The position numbers were made by a program, and so were the translations under genes. 64,000 nucleotides of DNA from Massalongia carnosa (taxonomy: Eukaryota). Below, one piece after another: positions 50,030 through 64,000 of the stretch. The stretch spans positions 248,001-312,000 of the forward strand of contig OZ287069.1 of NCBI GenBank assembly GCA_965645245.1, given 5' to 3'. The notes below the pieces were generated by a model. The model did not search any database and was not told the origin of the DNA. It worked only from the letters and a program-made list of their open reading frames with translations. Within the stretch, counting starts at the first letter, position 1; every line of letters begins with the position of its first letter.

Positions 50030-50423
50030 ATGGATACCATCAAGTAAGTGCACATCCGCTACACAGTCGAACCTTTGTTGTTGACAGCCTGTGATAGGAA
50101 CGCCGTCAACCAGGGCTTGGAGACGATTCAGCAAGGCGGAGCTGGAGCCCAGAAGGAGGCAAACAAGCGTATGCTACCTAACTCCCTCTTTACCTCGCCC
50201 ACTTCTTCATCCAGACAACTGCTAACAAAGAAATAGAGGTTGCCAAGGATAGCAACGCCCCCATTGGCGAGCGTGCTACCGCTGCCAAAGATGCTGTTGG
50301 CCACAAGGTCGACGAGACAAAGCACGATGTAAGATAGATCCCTTTGGTCCTGCGTGCTGCTTAGAGATCAGTGCTGATGCATCTCGCTAGGCCAAGGCCG
50401 AGGGCTACAAGCAGTCCAAATAG
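50030..50423 (+). CDS. grg1: Glucose-repressible protein Grg1, four exons
   Basis: Spliced MDTIKNAVNQGLETIQQGGAGAQKEANKQVAKDSNAPIGERATAAKDAVGHKVDETKHDAKAEGYKQSK; introns 50044-50097, 50170-50236, 50329-50390. Confidence 0.92.
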
Positions 50424-52292
50424 AAACCTCGCATGACCCTTGAGCCAGTGGGATCGGGATCGGATGGGCCCTCTGCATGCATGGAAAAGGCGTGGTAGGC
50501 AGGGTTGGAGGCGAGATTTGCTTTTTCTTCTGCGAGATAGAATACGGTGGAAGTGCTACTGTACCTTAGATGTAGCTTGCTCAATTGACACCACCTGCTT
50601 TTGAGCTTTCCACTTCGTGCCTTCACCTAAGCTTGCTTTGAGATAACATATTTCTAGATCTTTAACACCACTGAACATTCACATTGCCTTGGCTACACAA
50701 AGGTTTAACTATCTTTGTTTTAAAAGCAGCTTTTGTCCTTACACACGGTTTAGCTGACGAGCCGTTTCGGTAGCATTTTACGTTTGCTGAAAGATACGCC
50801 TCCCTGCGAGATTGATTCCGACTACACTTCTCCAGAGCACGAGGTTGGCCTTCCTAAACCTTCAGCCTCACGTAACTAACTAGATACCTTGCTACGAATA
50901 GGTTCGATACTGCATCTCTTCCCACATGCCAAAGACCAACGATCCTTGCGGGCCGGACCCAACTCGTGCCTCCATGACACCACTGACATGAAGATAACAC
51001 GCCGGCTGCAAAGCTGCCCATCTCCCTCAATGGCACACCTTGATCTCAATCACCAACAGTCATCCTAAAAGACTCGACTATCAATCAAAGTCATTGAGAT
51101 TGCAAACCATATTCCGGAATACTCCTGTATAGAAGCGATAATGCTGAAGCCACAATACGTTAGCCAGGGATGGGGGGAGGTTGAAGCGAAGGAGGTTATC
51201 AGTGTAGTAACGGTGGATGCATGGCGAGCCCGAGATTCTTTGATCTAACAGTGAGGAGATACCATGAAGTGGCCTGCGGTAGATTAGTGCTCGCTGGCTC
51301 CCTAGATGTCCGCTTGTGTCTATTTGATAAGAAGGCTACAGTCTACTTCCAGCATCCCAGCATTCACTTGATGTCTTTGTCATAGAAAACTCGGGCAAGG
51401 ATATGTGAGACGACTACCTGCTTGGCTGTAGCAATTTGTCGGAACCGATCAATGTAGGTGAAAGAGAAAAAGAGAAACATGCCTGTGCATCGGTTGAGTC
51501 TGGAGGGCGATTCCAATAACTAATGTGGTCACTCGCGGAGTGAGTCAGGTATCTAAGCATCATCAACAACGGTAAAGGCTGAGGTTGATGGTCAAGGGAT
51601 TCGCAGAACTCACTTTTGTTCACCCAGCGATGTTCCGACACAAATTGGCCCAGAACTGGAAGCGTGTGGATGATTGCGTACCGCCTTATGAAGGAAGTAA
51701 GGTAGACCGGGGATAGGATGAGGGAGGAAATATCTGTAACAGAAACTAGAGCTTTATAACAAAGCAAAAGAACATTCAAGTTCCACTAACAAAAACGGGA
51801 GGGGGTCCTTTGGGGATGAAAGAAACCACAGCCAGAATAACTAGAACTAACCTGACCGAGAGATAATAGCATAATCAACCATTCCAACAAACCATGCAAG
51901 CTGGTCGAGGTTCGGCCCTTTCCAAACTTGACTAGATTAACTATGAAGAGAATCCGCGACTACGATACGCACCGAGAATGTGGACATACCTGTCCAGCTT
52001 TTGGAGAAGTAATAAAAAGCAGAACGAGGAGTCGGCAGCGGAACGGATTCCGTTCCGGCCTCCGAGCCAATCAGGGTCTCCCTATGCAACACATTCTTCC
52101 AGCCATTCACGAACATCCTCCTCCTCCACCATCTCGGAAGAGGAAGCCGAACCGCAATCCGACGATGAGAGCCATTCCTGCGCCTCTTCCTCTTCGCTAG
52201 ATTCCCGGAACTCACACCACTTCGCCAAACATCTGCGTCCAGACCCTCCTTCTTTTCTCTCTGCTCCCCCCCCCGCCTGGCCTCTCGCAACC

Positions 52293-52919
52293 ATGGCTCC
52301 CCCCCCAAGCGGCAGCTCCCGAGGCCCCAAGAGCGAATACATCGAAACCGACACGGGCAACAAGGTGGCGCGACGCTCCCAGCTGCACGGCACCCAGCAC
52401 ATCATTCTTGGCGGGCGCGCCGTGATCCAGCCCCAGGTCTGCGTGCGGGGGGACCTTGTGCGCCAGCCGTCGGCTCCCACTTCCGCCACCTCATCCAATC
52501 CCGATGCCACCCAGCAGCAACAGCAACAGCATCCTGTAGCCGTGGCTATTGGGCGGTACAGCTTCATTTCTACCGGGAGCGTGTTACGACCGCCATACAA
52601 ATTGCATCGCGGGGTGATGTCGTACCACCAGCTGAAGATTGGCGAACACGTGTTCGTGGGGCCCGACTGCGTGATCGAAGCAGCGAGCATTGGAGACCGG
52701 GTGCATATCGGAGCGAGGAGCGTGGTGGGGCGATTTGCCATCTTGAAGGATAGCTGTAGGATTTTGGAGGGGACCATCGTACCGGCGGGGATGGTGGTGG
52801 CGAGTGGGTGCGTGGTTGGGGGGAGGCCGGGAAGGATCGTGGGCGAAGTTGGGGATGGATATGGGATGGGAGAGGGGATGGGTGGAGAGTTGAGGCAGTT
52901 ATGGAAGAGGACGGGGTAG
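52293..52919 (+). CDS. DCTN5: Dynactin subunit 5 (p25), left-handed beta-helix
   Basis: EYIETDTGNKVARRSQLHGTQHIILGG...VRGDL...IGEHVFVG..CVIEAASIG. Frame is open upstream to ATG 51978. Confidence 0.92.
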   Translation: MAPPPSGSSRGPKSEYIETDTGNKVARRSQLHGTQHIILGGRAVIQPQVCVRGDLVRQPSAPTSATSSNPDATQQQQQQHPVAVAIGRYSFISTGSVLRPPYKLHRGVMSYHQLKIGEHVFVGPDCVIEAASIGDRVHIGARSVVGRFAILKDSCRILEGTIVPAGMVVASGCVVGGRPGRIVGEVGDGYGMGEGMGGELRQLWKRTG

Positions 52920-53327
52920 GTTGGGGCTGGTGTTGCTATGAGAGGGCAAGGTTCATTGAGGGGTTGGGAGGATTTTATTGCTTTTAAGATACCCACTTTG
53001 CGTCGATTCCAAATATCTTTCTCTCATCCTAGCGCGGCGGGTGGGCAATGAGGTCGCTTGTATTATGCTCAACAGCCGGGTTCTATATCTAAATCCTGTC
53101 GGCACAAGGACTTGTGCATATGCTATCACAAATGAGTCTTGATGCCTCGCTGCCTTTGGATGCTGCTAGGAGGTAGGAATAAAGCACGGGTATCAGAACA
53201 CCAGGTAGCGATGACGAACAGGCAGTATGAGATCCCCAACCCCAGCAAAGCAAGTATTGTACAGTGGTATCGTTGATGGAAGAAAAAAATAGGAAATAGG
53301 AAATCGTATTGCGAGCGAAGAAATGGC

Positions 53328-54129
<802 letters not shown>

Positions 54130-54767
54130 GTTTGGAAACTGTATGCTGGTTCTCAGCAGCCACTGATCCTGAAAGTCGGCGATCCAAGGTTGATGGCACA
54201 GTTAGGACTTCCAGAGCAAAGTATCAGGGCGATGTGCGTTGATGCGTTGATGTTATGCTCTCTCCCTTACACGATGACGCAAATGTTATTGAGGGGTCAC
54301 AGAAGCCGGATAAAGTGCTCAGAACGTGTTAAGGCTGACAGCTTTCGAACCGAGTAAGGGTTGAGAAACGGAAGATATGTATCCAATGTCTGTACGAGCG
54401 GCGTGGCAAAAGATCGATACAGAATGTGAATGCTGCTAGAATGAAGTTGCTTGTAACGAGGAAGGCCAAAGCTGTGCAGGCGCTGGGATTAACTCGAGTA
54501 GTTATGGGATGATGAAAGTCTCGCTTAAGAAAAACATTTGTGGTCCAAGCTTCATCCCTTTCCGCCAAACAGGCACTTCCGGCTTCTTACTTTAGAATTG
54601 CTGTCGTTGTTGGTTTCATAACATGTCTCAACTAATCTAAGATTGTCTAATTTATGCATCTTAGTCATCTTACATGCAGCTGTCGTCAACAACTGTGCCT
54701 AGGGTTTGCATTCTAACCTTTTAATCTCTCATATCTTATCGTGCAAAGACTCATCAAACACATCAAC

Positions 54768-55426
54768 TCATTGGGTTTCTATGTCTTTGCACTTTCCCCC
54801 CTTTTTGACACTTTTCTTGTTTTTCTTCGCATCAGGTATTTGGTCTCGTTGGCGGACTGCGAAAATGCCGAGATCTGGCTCCGCGATCGATGTTGCTTTC
54901 TTAGATTTTAATGCCTTCGTCGGGGAATCCACCTCGGCCAGGTCGTTGTTGGAGGCAGATCGTCGTGGCGTCACCCTCTCAAGTACTTGCCCTTCGAGCC
55001 CATTTACCGCCTCGACCTCTTCTCTCCTCTGAACCCCGTTTTCCCCCTTCAACTCCTCGTTTTCCGTTTTCAGCTTCTTGTTTTCCTTCGCCAAGCCCTC
55101 GGGTTCCTCCTTCAATCCCTTGATCGTTTCAATAAGCTGGCCGTTTGGTCTCTCTGAATTAAATAGATCCATGTGTCAGCAACTAAGCTGCTGAAGAGTG
55201 CAGGAATGTTGTTCAGAACCTATCTGCTTACCTTCATCTTCAGCTTTGTCTCGAGAAACTCGCACTGTTTAACAAGTACATGCCTTATCTCGATTATTGT
55301 TTCTTCTTCATGTTCGTTTAGATCGTCTAAGTCCATTCGAGATCCCGCATGCCGAAGCTCTTGCTTGAAGCTATCTAAGCAAAAGATAGGAGCATAGATC
55401 TTTGCCGTGTAGGGGGAATGTGGCAT
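54768..55426 (-). CDS. Hypothetical protein with coiled-coil and Lys-rich tail, probably two exons
   Basis: ORFs 55220-55426 and 54768-55172 are separated by GTAAGC...GCTGAC..AG intron-like sequence. No family recognised. Confidence 0.45.
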
Positions 55427-56649
55427 GTTGTACTCCGTTAGAAAAAAATGAATGATTTTTCGTTACAGGTTATGTTATCTGTGGATGCAAAACTTTAGAG
55501 ATGAATTGATTCGTCTTTACAAGTAAGCATAAAAGGCCATTCGTATAGATATCGGAACAGACAAAATCTTGAACACAAGGAAATATGCGACTATGATCGT
55601 ATAATCTTCCTAATGTGAAAATCTGAATCGACGAAAACAGTAATTAGTTTTCACTTGAAATCTTCAGTGGCAATAGTCATGTGTTCAATTTTACATCTTA
55701 TATTTAGCACATTACTTATCTTATTCTTCTTTGTAAACCGTTCGTTCTGCAATCGATCTTCTTCTTATTTATCTTCATTTGTAGGCACGATGGCGAGAGA
55801 GGTAGCAACGCTCGTAACGAATGATAGTCGGGTCCACCGCAGCCATGATGGCGAATTTGTAGATCTCCTACTATTCTTGGAATGGTAGATGAGACCACCG
55901 TGATATTTCTAGTAAGTTGAGGATACGTTGTGTGTTGTGTTCAGCTGCGCGATGATACAATTATAGCATCATATTGGCAATCTTTCAACTATATGCCCAT
56001 TGGAACTGATATTTAGCATCAGATATTACAGATTCTCAACTAAAAAGCAGATTCTCAATTGCATACAGAAGGCTTTGAGCATTAAGTATATCAACAAATG
56101 CCAATCTACAGCGTTTATAGGAAGAGTTAACTTGCATGTGTATATATAACAGATACATTGTCAAAGAAAAATCAATCCACAACCTACAGATATAGCTTGA
56201 ACATATAAAATATCAAAATAAAAACATTGAGTACGCCACGAAAAATTCCGATAGACAATACTAATGACTTGTATAATATGAGAGCTTCGCTACCATCTGT
56301 AACGGTGGAATCGCTCCGCGGGAATTCAAGGGATAGGGATGAGGTTTGCCAGAGATGGAGGAGGGATGTATGTATGGACATGGGAGGAGTGAGGTCGGGT
56401 TGAAGGCGAGGAAGTTGCCCGGATCAGATAGGACGGGTACCGGGTGATTGGTTTTTACGAGATTCTTTGAGGTTACAGGAGACCTTAATGAGAGAGGAGC
56501 AATTCAAGCGTCTTCTAAACACTGGAACTCTAATGAGATTGCAAGACGACAACCTAGATGATGGTTATCAGGACAAACGGTTTGCAGCACAGGCCGCCTT
56601 TCACCATAGATACGGTTTCATTTTTCTTGTCGTGAGCATACGCTCATCA

Positions 56650-57637
56650 TCATTCCGTATCATCTGGATGAAATACCAACGCCCTTACCTCAATGCTCTC
56701 CCTCGATTCCCTATCCTCTGTGGCGGGATTCACAAATGCTGAATGCGGCGCCCTCCTCGCCCGCCCGTCCGTCTTGGAATCAAAACACTTGATCAGCGTG
56801 ACCTCATCCGGCCGCTGCCCGTACAAGAAGTACCACCGATGTTGCTCGCTCGCCCGGACGGTAAACGTCTCCCCCACCCGATCCGGGTAGATGAGCTGCA
56901 CGGGCAGAAGGTCGCTGTCGGGCACGGAGCGCGCGTCGGCGACGCCGAGCGGGTCTTTGAAGATGGGCTTGATGGGCCGCCAGACGTTGATGATTTGAAC
57001 GCGGCCTTGAAGGAGGCGCTCCGATTCCTCGGGAAGGTGGCGATTGACACGATCGAAGCCTGCTTTGTAGGATTGGTCAATATGCACGCGTTGGACGGGC
57101 CCTCGGAGCGTTTGGGCTTTTACAGCATTCTTGCTATCAAGGGCGTCTTTCGGTTGGCGACGGACTGTGTGGTCGAAGATGAAGATCTTGGCTGCGCCGG
57201 TGCTGTGCGTTTGTAAGCCGCTTATATATGAGCGCAGGGATTGAGGGCTTTGTAGAAGCTACTAACGCTGCCTTCAGTAGATTTTCGATTTCTGGATAAT
57301 AGACCCGCTGGATCTGTTCATCATCCAAAAAGTCTTTCTCTACGCTTTCGTGCTTGTATATCTGGAAGCCAGTCGTGTCCAGGGAATATTGATCCTCTGT
57401 GCCTCGGATATCATGAACTTTCTTCGAGATCGTGTGAGGATCCCGTTCATACGTCTCTGGTTTGCCTACAATGGCTGGAGCCGGAGGACTCCCATCCCCG
57501 GGGTCTTTGTAATAGTGGAAGTCAGCTATCACGTCATGGGTGTCGGTGGCTTTGGGTTCTTGAACGGATGTCGCCGATATGGTTGACGACAGCTGATGAG
57601 GGGGGATGCCTGATGTCTGGGTGAGAGTTGATGTCAT
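56650..57637 (-). CDS. CmcJ/AsaB-like hydroxylase/desaturase family protein, one intron (57203-57266)
   Basis: VHDIRG..YSLDTTGFQ, YYPEIE, FDHTVRR, VHIDQS, INVWRPI..DPL, WYFL..Q.PDEV..IKCFDS, PHSAF, RESIEVRALV. Confidence 0.88.
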
Positions 57638-58782
57638 TCTGACGATGCTTTATTGAAGTATGTAGCTTGTTAATATTTGGTTGTTATGGTGTTGGCGAGC
57701 TAGGTGCGAGGAGACGTTATATATCCCACGTGAGGAGGTATTGTTCATGGCACTTTTCGATCCTGCGATGGCGTGCGAGGACAATATGTCTCCATTCTGA
57801 CAAATCCACCGTTTTTAGATCGTGGCCAGGACGGTCATTATTAATCGTCAGATCACATGTTAGGCTGCGTGGGCACGATGGATCATCATCAGCCCGCTAG
57901 AAAGGTGAGCAGCGGTCCGTCCCGCCGCTTGCACTTGCTGTCAAATAACAATTGGACTGTGTTTGGACTTGACGTAATACCGGAATCGTATTGACCCGGC
58001 TGGCCGTGAGTTTCACCTGATAAGTCACATGATACTGTACTCGGTACCCGGATCATCACGTCATATCGGGATCAGTCAGCCGAATTGATAAGCGTTCCTC
58101 TACAGAGTAACTAATACTACTTACAGAGTCTTATCTCCCCACGCTCCCTCAACTTCCAATCATCTTCCCCTACGACCGGACCCGGAGACAATTCCTGTAG
58201 CATAGATGTGTGAGATGTCGAGTGCTATTCGGGTGTTGAAGGTTGAAAGATCTGCTGGGTTGATAATCAGAAATCTGATTAAGAGTACTCTATACCATTG
58301 TACAATGGGCGCTTTGGCCTGATGCTGGGCTCGTTAGCCACACAAACTATGGCGTGCGAATCCATCCATATATTGTCATATTCCTAACGACTATGGATGG
58401 AAAGTAATCCTACGATGTGTCTACATCGATGGTTTATTATTGGACCCGCTAATATATATTACCCTCCTCTTGAACTTGGGGTCTGGGCTCATAAGAGCGA
58501 TGATTATTATAAGGCAAATATGTTCTTTGCCTCCGCGTTGAGCTGACGAAGTTCTCCAATCTGGAGCCCTGTAGGACACCGTCTCGCTCGCAATGTACTT
58601 GCAAACTGTTCGCAGGATCAATCCCGCTAATCCTTTCGATAGTTCAGTTGCGGATGACAGTTCGCGCGACCATAGAGTCACTCGCTCTCAAGGCATCACT
58701 ATGCTTAAGTGCTGTACGTCCTCGCATGCTATTGGCCACACCAGGCGTTTCTAGGACATTGTAGCGACCCCCGAATCCAGAG

Positions 58783-60595
58783 ATGGCGGCGGATGGTTCC
58801 TCAACGTCCGTCGACCTTGAGCAAGCTCAACCACTTTTGAGTCCGTCAAAATCATACCCACAGTATGAATCAACGAACTCGCCACCTGTTTCGCACGAGA
58901 TCGACTCACCAAGCTCAAGCAACTTTTATCCATCTTCGGTCAACCGCCCTGAGGTCCACCGCGCGGTGGAGTATGTTACCACAATAGAGGATGTAACGTT
59001 TGGTCGCAACGTCTCGTGGATGTCTGCCTACATATTGATCATTTCCCGCGTCCTTGGTAGCGGCATATTCGCAACTCCCGGGGTAATATTTAAATCGGTA
59101 GGCAGCGTCGGTCTTACGCTCCTGCTGTGGGTTCTGGGCTCTGCTACCGCCGCCAGCGGTCTGGCAATTTTTATAGAGCTTGGTTGTATGCTCCCTCGGA
59201 GTGGAGGGCATAAAGTGTACTTGGAATTCATGTATCGACGGCCCCGGTTTTTGGCTTCGACCATCATAGCAGTGCAGGCAGTACTGTTGGGGTTCACAGC
59301 GAGCAATGCCATTGTTTTTGGACAATACACGCTCTTCGCCTTGCACATCGAACCTACTACCTTCTCACAAAGATTGCTTGCCGCTGGTTTGCTCACTATA
59401 ATTACCATTATGCACGGTTGTTTCCTCAAGACAGGTATCGTGATTCAGAATATTCTTGGCTGGGTGAAGATTTTTGTCATGGGATTCATGGTCCTTGCTG
59501 GTTTGGGAACGATTTTCTTTCACACTCCCCCCGTAGACTCAGCTCCTACGGTAAATCTTCTCTCTTGGAATGAGATCTGGGAAAACTCCAACTGGCGCTG
59601 GGGCGTTGTCTCAACCGCTTTTTTCAAAGTGTCCTATTCCTATGCCGGCTACGCCAATGTGAACAATGTGATGAGCGAAGTGAAAGATCCCATAAGAACA
59701 CTGAAGACGGTAGCTCCAGCAGCGTTGCTGACCATATTCATATTCTACATTTCGCTAAATCTGGCATACTTCACTATCATGCCTCTGGACGAGATTCGAG
59801 CGAGCGAGGAACTTATCGCGGCGCTTTTTTTCCAGAAACTGTTTGGAGAAGGATTCGGCAGCACGATCCTACCTCTTATGATTGCCATATCAGCCGCCGG
59901 TAACGTCATGGTCGTGACATTTACGCTGGTAAGCATTCTCACCTCAAATCCCCTCTTGAATCGTTCCCTAACTCGAATTCCTCAGGCACGCGTAAACCAA
60001 GAAATCGCTCGTCAAGGTTTCCTCCCCTTCTCCACCATCCTCTCATCGTCCCGCCCTTTCAACGCTCCTCTAGGTGGGTTGATCGTGCACTCTATCCCCT
60101 CAGTCCTCGTCATCACCCTTCCGCCGCCAGAACACGTCTACGCTTTTATTCTCGATGTCGAAGGTTACCCGGGACAGTTCTTCACGGTGGCCACTTCTGT
60201 CGGGTTGTTGATGCTGCGCCATACAAGGCCTGAGTTGACCAGACCATTTATGGCTTGGCTACCGGCAGTGTGGATGCAGATTGCGCTGAGCTTGGCACTC
60301 CTGGCGGCACCGTTTGTGCAGCCACCTAAAGACGGCAAGGGAGATGTGGATTTTTGGTATGGGACGTACGCTGTGGTAGGCACCGGCATGTGAGTCGATT
60401 TCTGTTAGTTTTTTGTCACTATTCGGCGAAGACTAACCATACTAACGGTTACGTAGAATCGTGTTTGCCGTCATGTACTAGTATCTCTGGACAGTGGCCA
60501 TGCCTCGCTGGCGAGGATACCGCCTTGAGGAGGAGGTTGACGTGCTGGCCGACGGGACGAGCGTGACGAAACTGGTTAAAGTCAAACAGGGATGA
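58783..60595 (+). CDS. APC/LAT-family amino-acid permease, methionine-permease-like, two introns
   Basis: GSGIFATPG, ELGCMLPRSGG, YSYAGY..EVKDP, ARVNQEIARQGFLPF; about 12 hydrophobic segments; introns 59929-59985 and about 60389-60457. Confidence 0.9.
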
Positions 60596-62112
60596 GCGTT
60601 GATGATGTAATGAATGGCGATTTATTCAGCGAAAATACCCCGAGTGTTAAGATCTTTCGTCTGTCATCACGATATCAATAGAGTTACCTGTCTATTTTGC
60701 ATAAAGAGCACACTCTGGGTTCTGTCTCCCTTTTCAATTTCGCTCCATGCATCGTACACTTCTAGTTCCTCCCTTCAAGGTAAGAGCTAGAAGAATTTCT
60801 ACTCTCTTCGCTAGATAGATGTCTTATCTAAATGGCTTATTCCTCATTTAACACTCCCCCCCCCCAATTTCTCTTCGACTAGTTATTGATTTTTTCTAGA
60901 TTATCTATGTAGATGCATGTAAATGGAATGATATGATCCGACCTCCCTTTCTTCTCGTTTCCTATCTTACATCTCTTACTCTCTAACCTCTTCCCCCCTT
61001 CCTACTTCTCCATTGCATTATTCAGACAACCAATCAATTCCTCTTCCTTCTCTTCCTTCTCCTTCCCCCCTATCGATTTCGTTCCTTTCCACTCTTTTCC
61101 CGACAAAGAAAAAAAAAGTCACCGAATCGCGTTTCGGGGCGGAAAACCGAGAAAGAAGAAAAGAGAAAAAAACAGAAGAAACGAGGACGGGTTATAAGGG
61201 ATATTTTAGGTTGGGGGGAGGAGATGGGAAGGAAGAGAGAGGAAAGGGAGAAGGAGAAATTGGTGATGATGAATGGATAAATGGAATTAATGGGTTAGGC
61301 AAGAGAAGTGTAGAGGCGAATTATAGGATTATAACTCGTCTGTAAGTCAATCTGCAAGTCAACCAGACAGGTTGTCATCTCCTCCTCCCTTCCTCTCCTT
61401 CCCTTTCCGCCTCGGCTTAATTTCCTCTTTCCAACTGCTTGTTATTCACGTTTCCTTTTCTTTTCAAGTCCTGCACAATTTCTATTTCTTCTCACTGTCA
61501 TTGTCATTTATTATTCATGAATCATGAACAATCATCACTATTTGACAACGTATTACATACCGAAGTTGGGTTCTGTTCGGTTCAGCTTCAAAGTTGCGTG
61601 TGCTTGTGTGAACGAACGCTAGCTAGCTAGTGCAGGCAGTTAAAGGATGTGATCGGAACGGACAAATGAATGAATCAGATAGAAAGAGAGAGAACGACGA
61701 AATTAGATATTCCGAGGAAGAAATACGCTCTGCAGAGACGAAAGGAATAAAGCGAGAGAAAACACGCACGACAATGACAACGACAACGACAACGAATACT
61801 CGTCCTTCCTGTCCCGCATTTATATCATACCGCATGCATGTACACACGCACGCTGCACAGAGACACAGAGAGAAAGGTTATCATTCGATCAAACTACCAA
61901 CAAAAAAACCAAAAAAAAACTCCCGTCAAGTAAAAAACCCAGTAAAGGCCCAGCCGTTGCCTTAAAAGATACATAACATAAGCAACGACTCCATATATGA
62001 TCATGTATCCCCAACAAACAGGAGTCAGCGGCACGACTAGCCCGCTCCTCGTCGACTGAATCGTAATGATGCGATGCCTAGGCCCATATCGGAAGAGGGG
62101 GGCTGCCCGTAC

Positions 62113-62136
62113 GTACATACATACATACATACATAC
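62113..62136 (+). repeat. (TACA)n microsatellite
   Basis: tacatacatacatacatacatac. Confidence 0.85.
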
Positions 62137-62455
62137 GTATGCATAGGCAGATAGGTAGACCGTATGTATGTACTCTGTAGCTCTGCGCCACCCCTGACAT
62201 CAAGATCTTTCTACCCCGAAACATGAATCTGTACAACCGAAAAGGTGGAGGCCATCATGTCGATAATTCGTGTGTTTCCCGATCCAGCAGGGGCCCCCGG
62301 ATACACAACATCATTGGACCCGACTATCTTTCTCCACCACAGAGAACACGGCGCCAATTTAACACGCTAAAGAACTCGGACGCTGCGTTTGCGCCATTGC
62401 CTAACTTCCCCACCAATGTGAAAGCAAGTTCAACAAACAACTCCCGTCGCGAGGC

Positions 62456-63825
62456 TTACTTCCCCCCGAAATCCAACACGAAGCGCCTTCCCACTTCCAT
62501 CTCCTGGTTCTGGTCGTCCTCGAACTTGAGCCGGTACACGTCTTTCTTCACGCCCGTGACCACGGCGCGGTAGAACGTGGTGGTCTCGGGGTAGCGGGCG
62601 AGAACGGGCTTGCCGACGGGGTAATCCGTCAGCACGGCCTCAGCGCTTGGAATGGCGATCAAGGCGGCGGCGGAAGTCTTGTAGATCTGGCCAGGGGCTC
62701 CGCTGTCATCGGGTTCGGGATCTTGGACTTCGTAGCTAAGAATGACAATGGTAAGTTTACTTTGATTACATTGCTAGAGGGGTTGCGAGATTACCGCTTC
62801 TTGTTGCCGGCTTCGGTGATGGCAACGATGTTGCATTGAATCCATTGACTGCCATCCTCCTTCATTTTGGCCTGCTTGTAAGCAACCTCGGCGCCCACAA
62901 AAAGCTTGCCCGATTTCTCCACCGACGGTCCCTTGCTCCCTTCCGCGCCGTCCACGGAAGTCTCTTTGCAGTCTTTCGTCGACGGGACGGACCCGCTGCG
63001 AACACTGGAACCCTTCAATTTCGTGGCCGAGGTCGTCGCTACGCTGGGCGAAGGACCAGGCGAGTCCGCCGCGCCATCCATGTCGGCTTTCTGCTTAATT
63101 TTCTGGCCCCGCGACTTGGATTGCTGCGGGTTGCGAGGCTCGTTGGCGCTGGCTGCGCATAAGGCCTTCAGAATGCCAATATTCTTGATCACATCGTGCG
63201 GCTCTTCACTGAGAATCGCCTTCTCTTCTTCGGCCAGTCGGTGGCCTTCTCGCCAGAAACTTGCAACCTCGGCCCATTGATCAGAAGTTCCGCCTAGCTC
63301 GTCATGGGGGTCAGTGGTGTTCCGCTAACAAGGTTCACATGAGTACAGGAGCCCAAGAGGGAGGCACAGAGAAATATTTATTGATCTAGTACGAGAGGGT
63401 AAACGAAAGGATTATGTGGGTTAGGGTTCAGCATATACGTCTCACAGGAGCGAAGCTAGCAAGGGCTCATGCTTGGAATATGACCAGTAGTTGCATCGCT
63501 AGAACACAAATAAGAATGCAAGTAAATCTGTCACTGTATTCTAGACGCTATGAGCTGCATCGCAAGATCATGCATCAGACATCACAGTCACACCGGGTTA
63601 TGCAGAGTAACAAAGCACACAGCAGGACGTTAACGTACCGTCACCAATTTCATCCTGAAGCGCTTTGGCCTTTGCCATAGCTGCTTCACTTCTTTCCTTC
63701 AGACTTTTGCATGTCTTCAGGTCGACGAGAATTTGACTCCACATTTTGATTTCTTCCTCTGCAGCAACGGGATCGTCCCTTGATGGACCCTGGCGAGGTC
63801 TATTGTTCCTGGCTGCCATGTTCAT
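62456..63825 (-). CDS. SGF29: SAGA-associated factor 29 (tandem Tudor), three exons
   Basis: GAEVAYK...WIQCNI...YEVQDPEPD...VLARYPETTTFYRAVV...YRLKFEDD; introns 63294-63638 and about 62736-62795. Confidence 0.93.
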
Positions 63826-64000
63826 GTACCTGAACTGTTCGATGTGCTTGAATTACTCTTCGTGAGGCGAATTTCTAAAGAGAGTACTTGTCGTAGATGT
63901 AGATGTGAATGTGACTCAATTTGTACTCGAGGAAGGGTGTGTTAACGATGATGGATGATTTACATGGAGGGAAGACGAGAGCGACGTTGAGCGAGCATGC

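Noticed and set aside
52082..52996. 304-aa antisense ORF
   Set aside because: Shadow of the GC-rich dynactin p25 coding strand; no recognisable motifs.
60840..61965. Short ORFs in purine/pyrimidine-biased intergenic DNA
   Set aside because: Low-complexity translations typical of UTR or intergenic tracts.
63294..63638. snoRNA in the long SGF29 intron
   Set aside because: No clean C (RTGATGA)/D box pair or H/ACA structure seen; would need an Infernal/Rfam search.

Overview
Filamentous ascomycete fungal DNA, based on GT-AG introns with CTRAC-like branch points and fungal gene families; the species cannot be determined. The window has two compartments. About 1-47.4 kb is a transposon-saturated accessory region. 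It holds a piggyBac 3' end, a Tad1-like LINE, a chromoviral Gypsy, two Copia elements, a MULE, a pogo/Fot1, two Tc1-like elements, an apparently intact hAT and at least four solo LTRs, several of them nested with readable target-site duplications. Interspersed are a decayed gene with 34 near-identical 99-bp ankyrin repeats followed by an unnamed membrane-anchored C-terminal region, an intact HET-domain gene, a PD-(D/E)XK-like pseudogene, an intact polyamine oxidase and a Copia-disrupted DUF2306-like gene. About 47.4-64 kb has no TEs I could recognise and is gene-dense: grg1, dynactin p25, ARF6, a hypothetical gene, a CmcJ/AsaB-like gene, a methionine-type permease and SGF29. The most notable observations are the hypervariable ankyrin array placed upstream of a transmembrane domain near HET and nuclease-like genes, a 108-bp inverted grg1 fragment 30 kb from its source at a TE junction, a DD37E Tc1-like element with a non-TA target duplication, and a Copia with TG...GA ends. 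All family assignments come from motif recognition by eye, not database searches.
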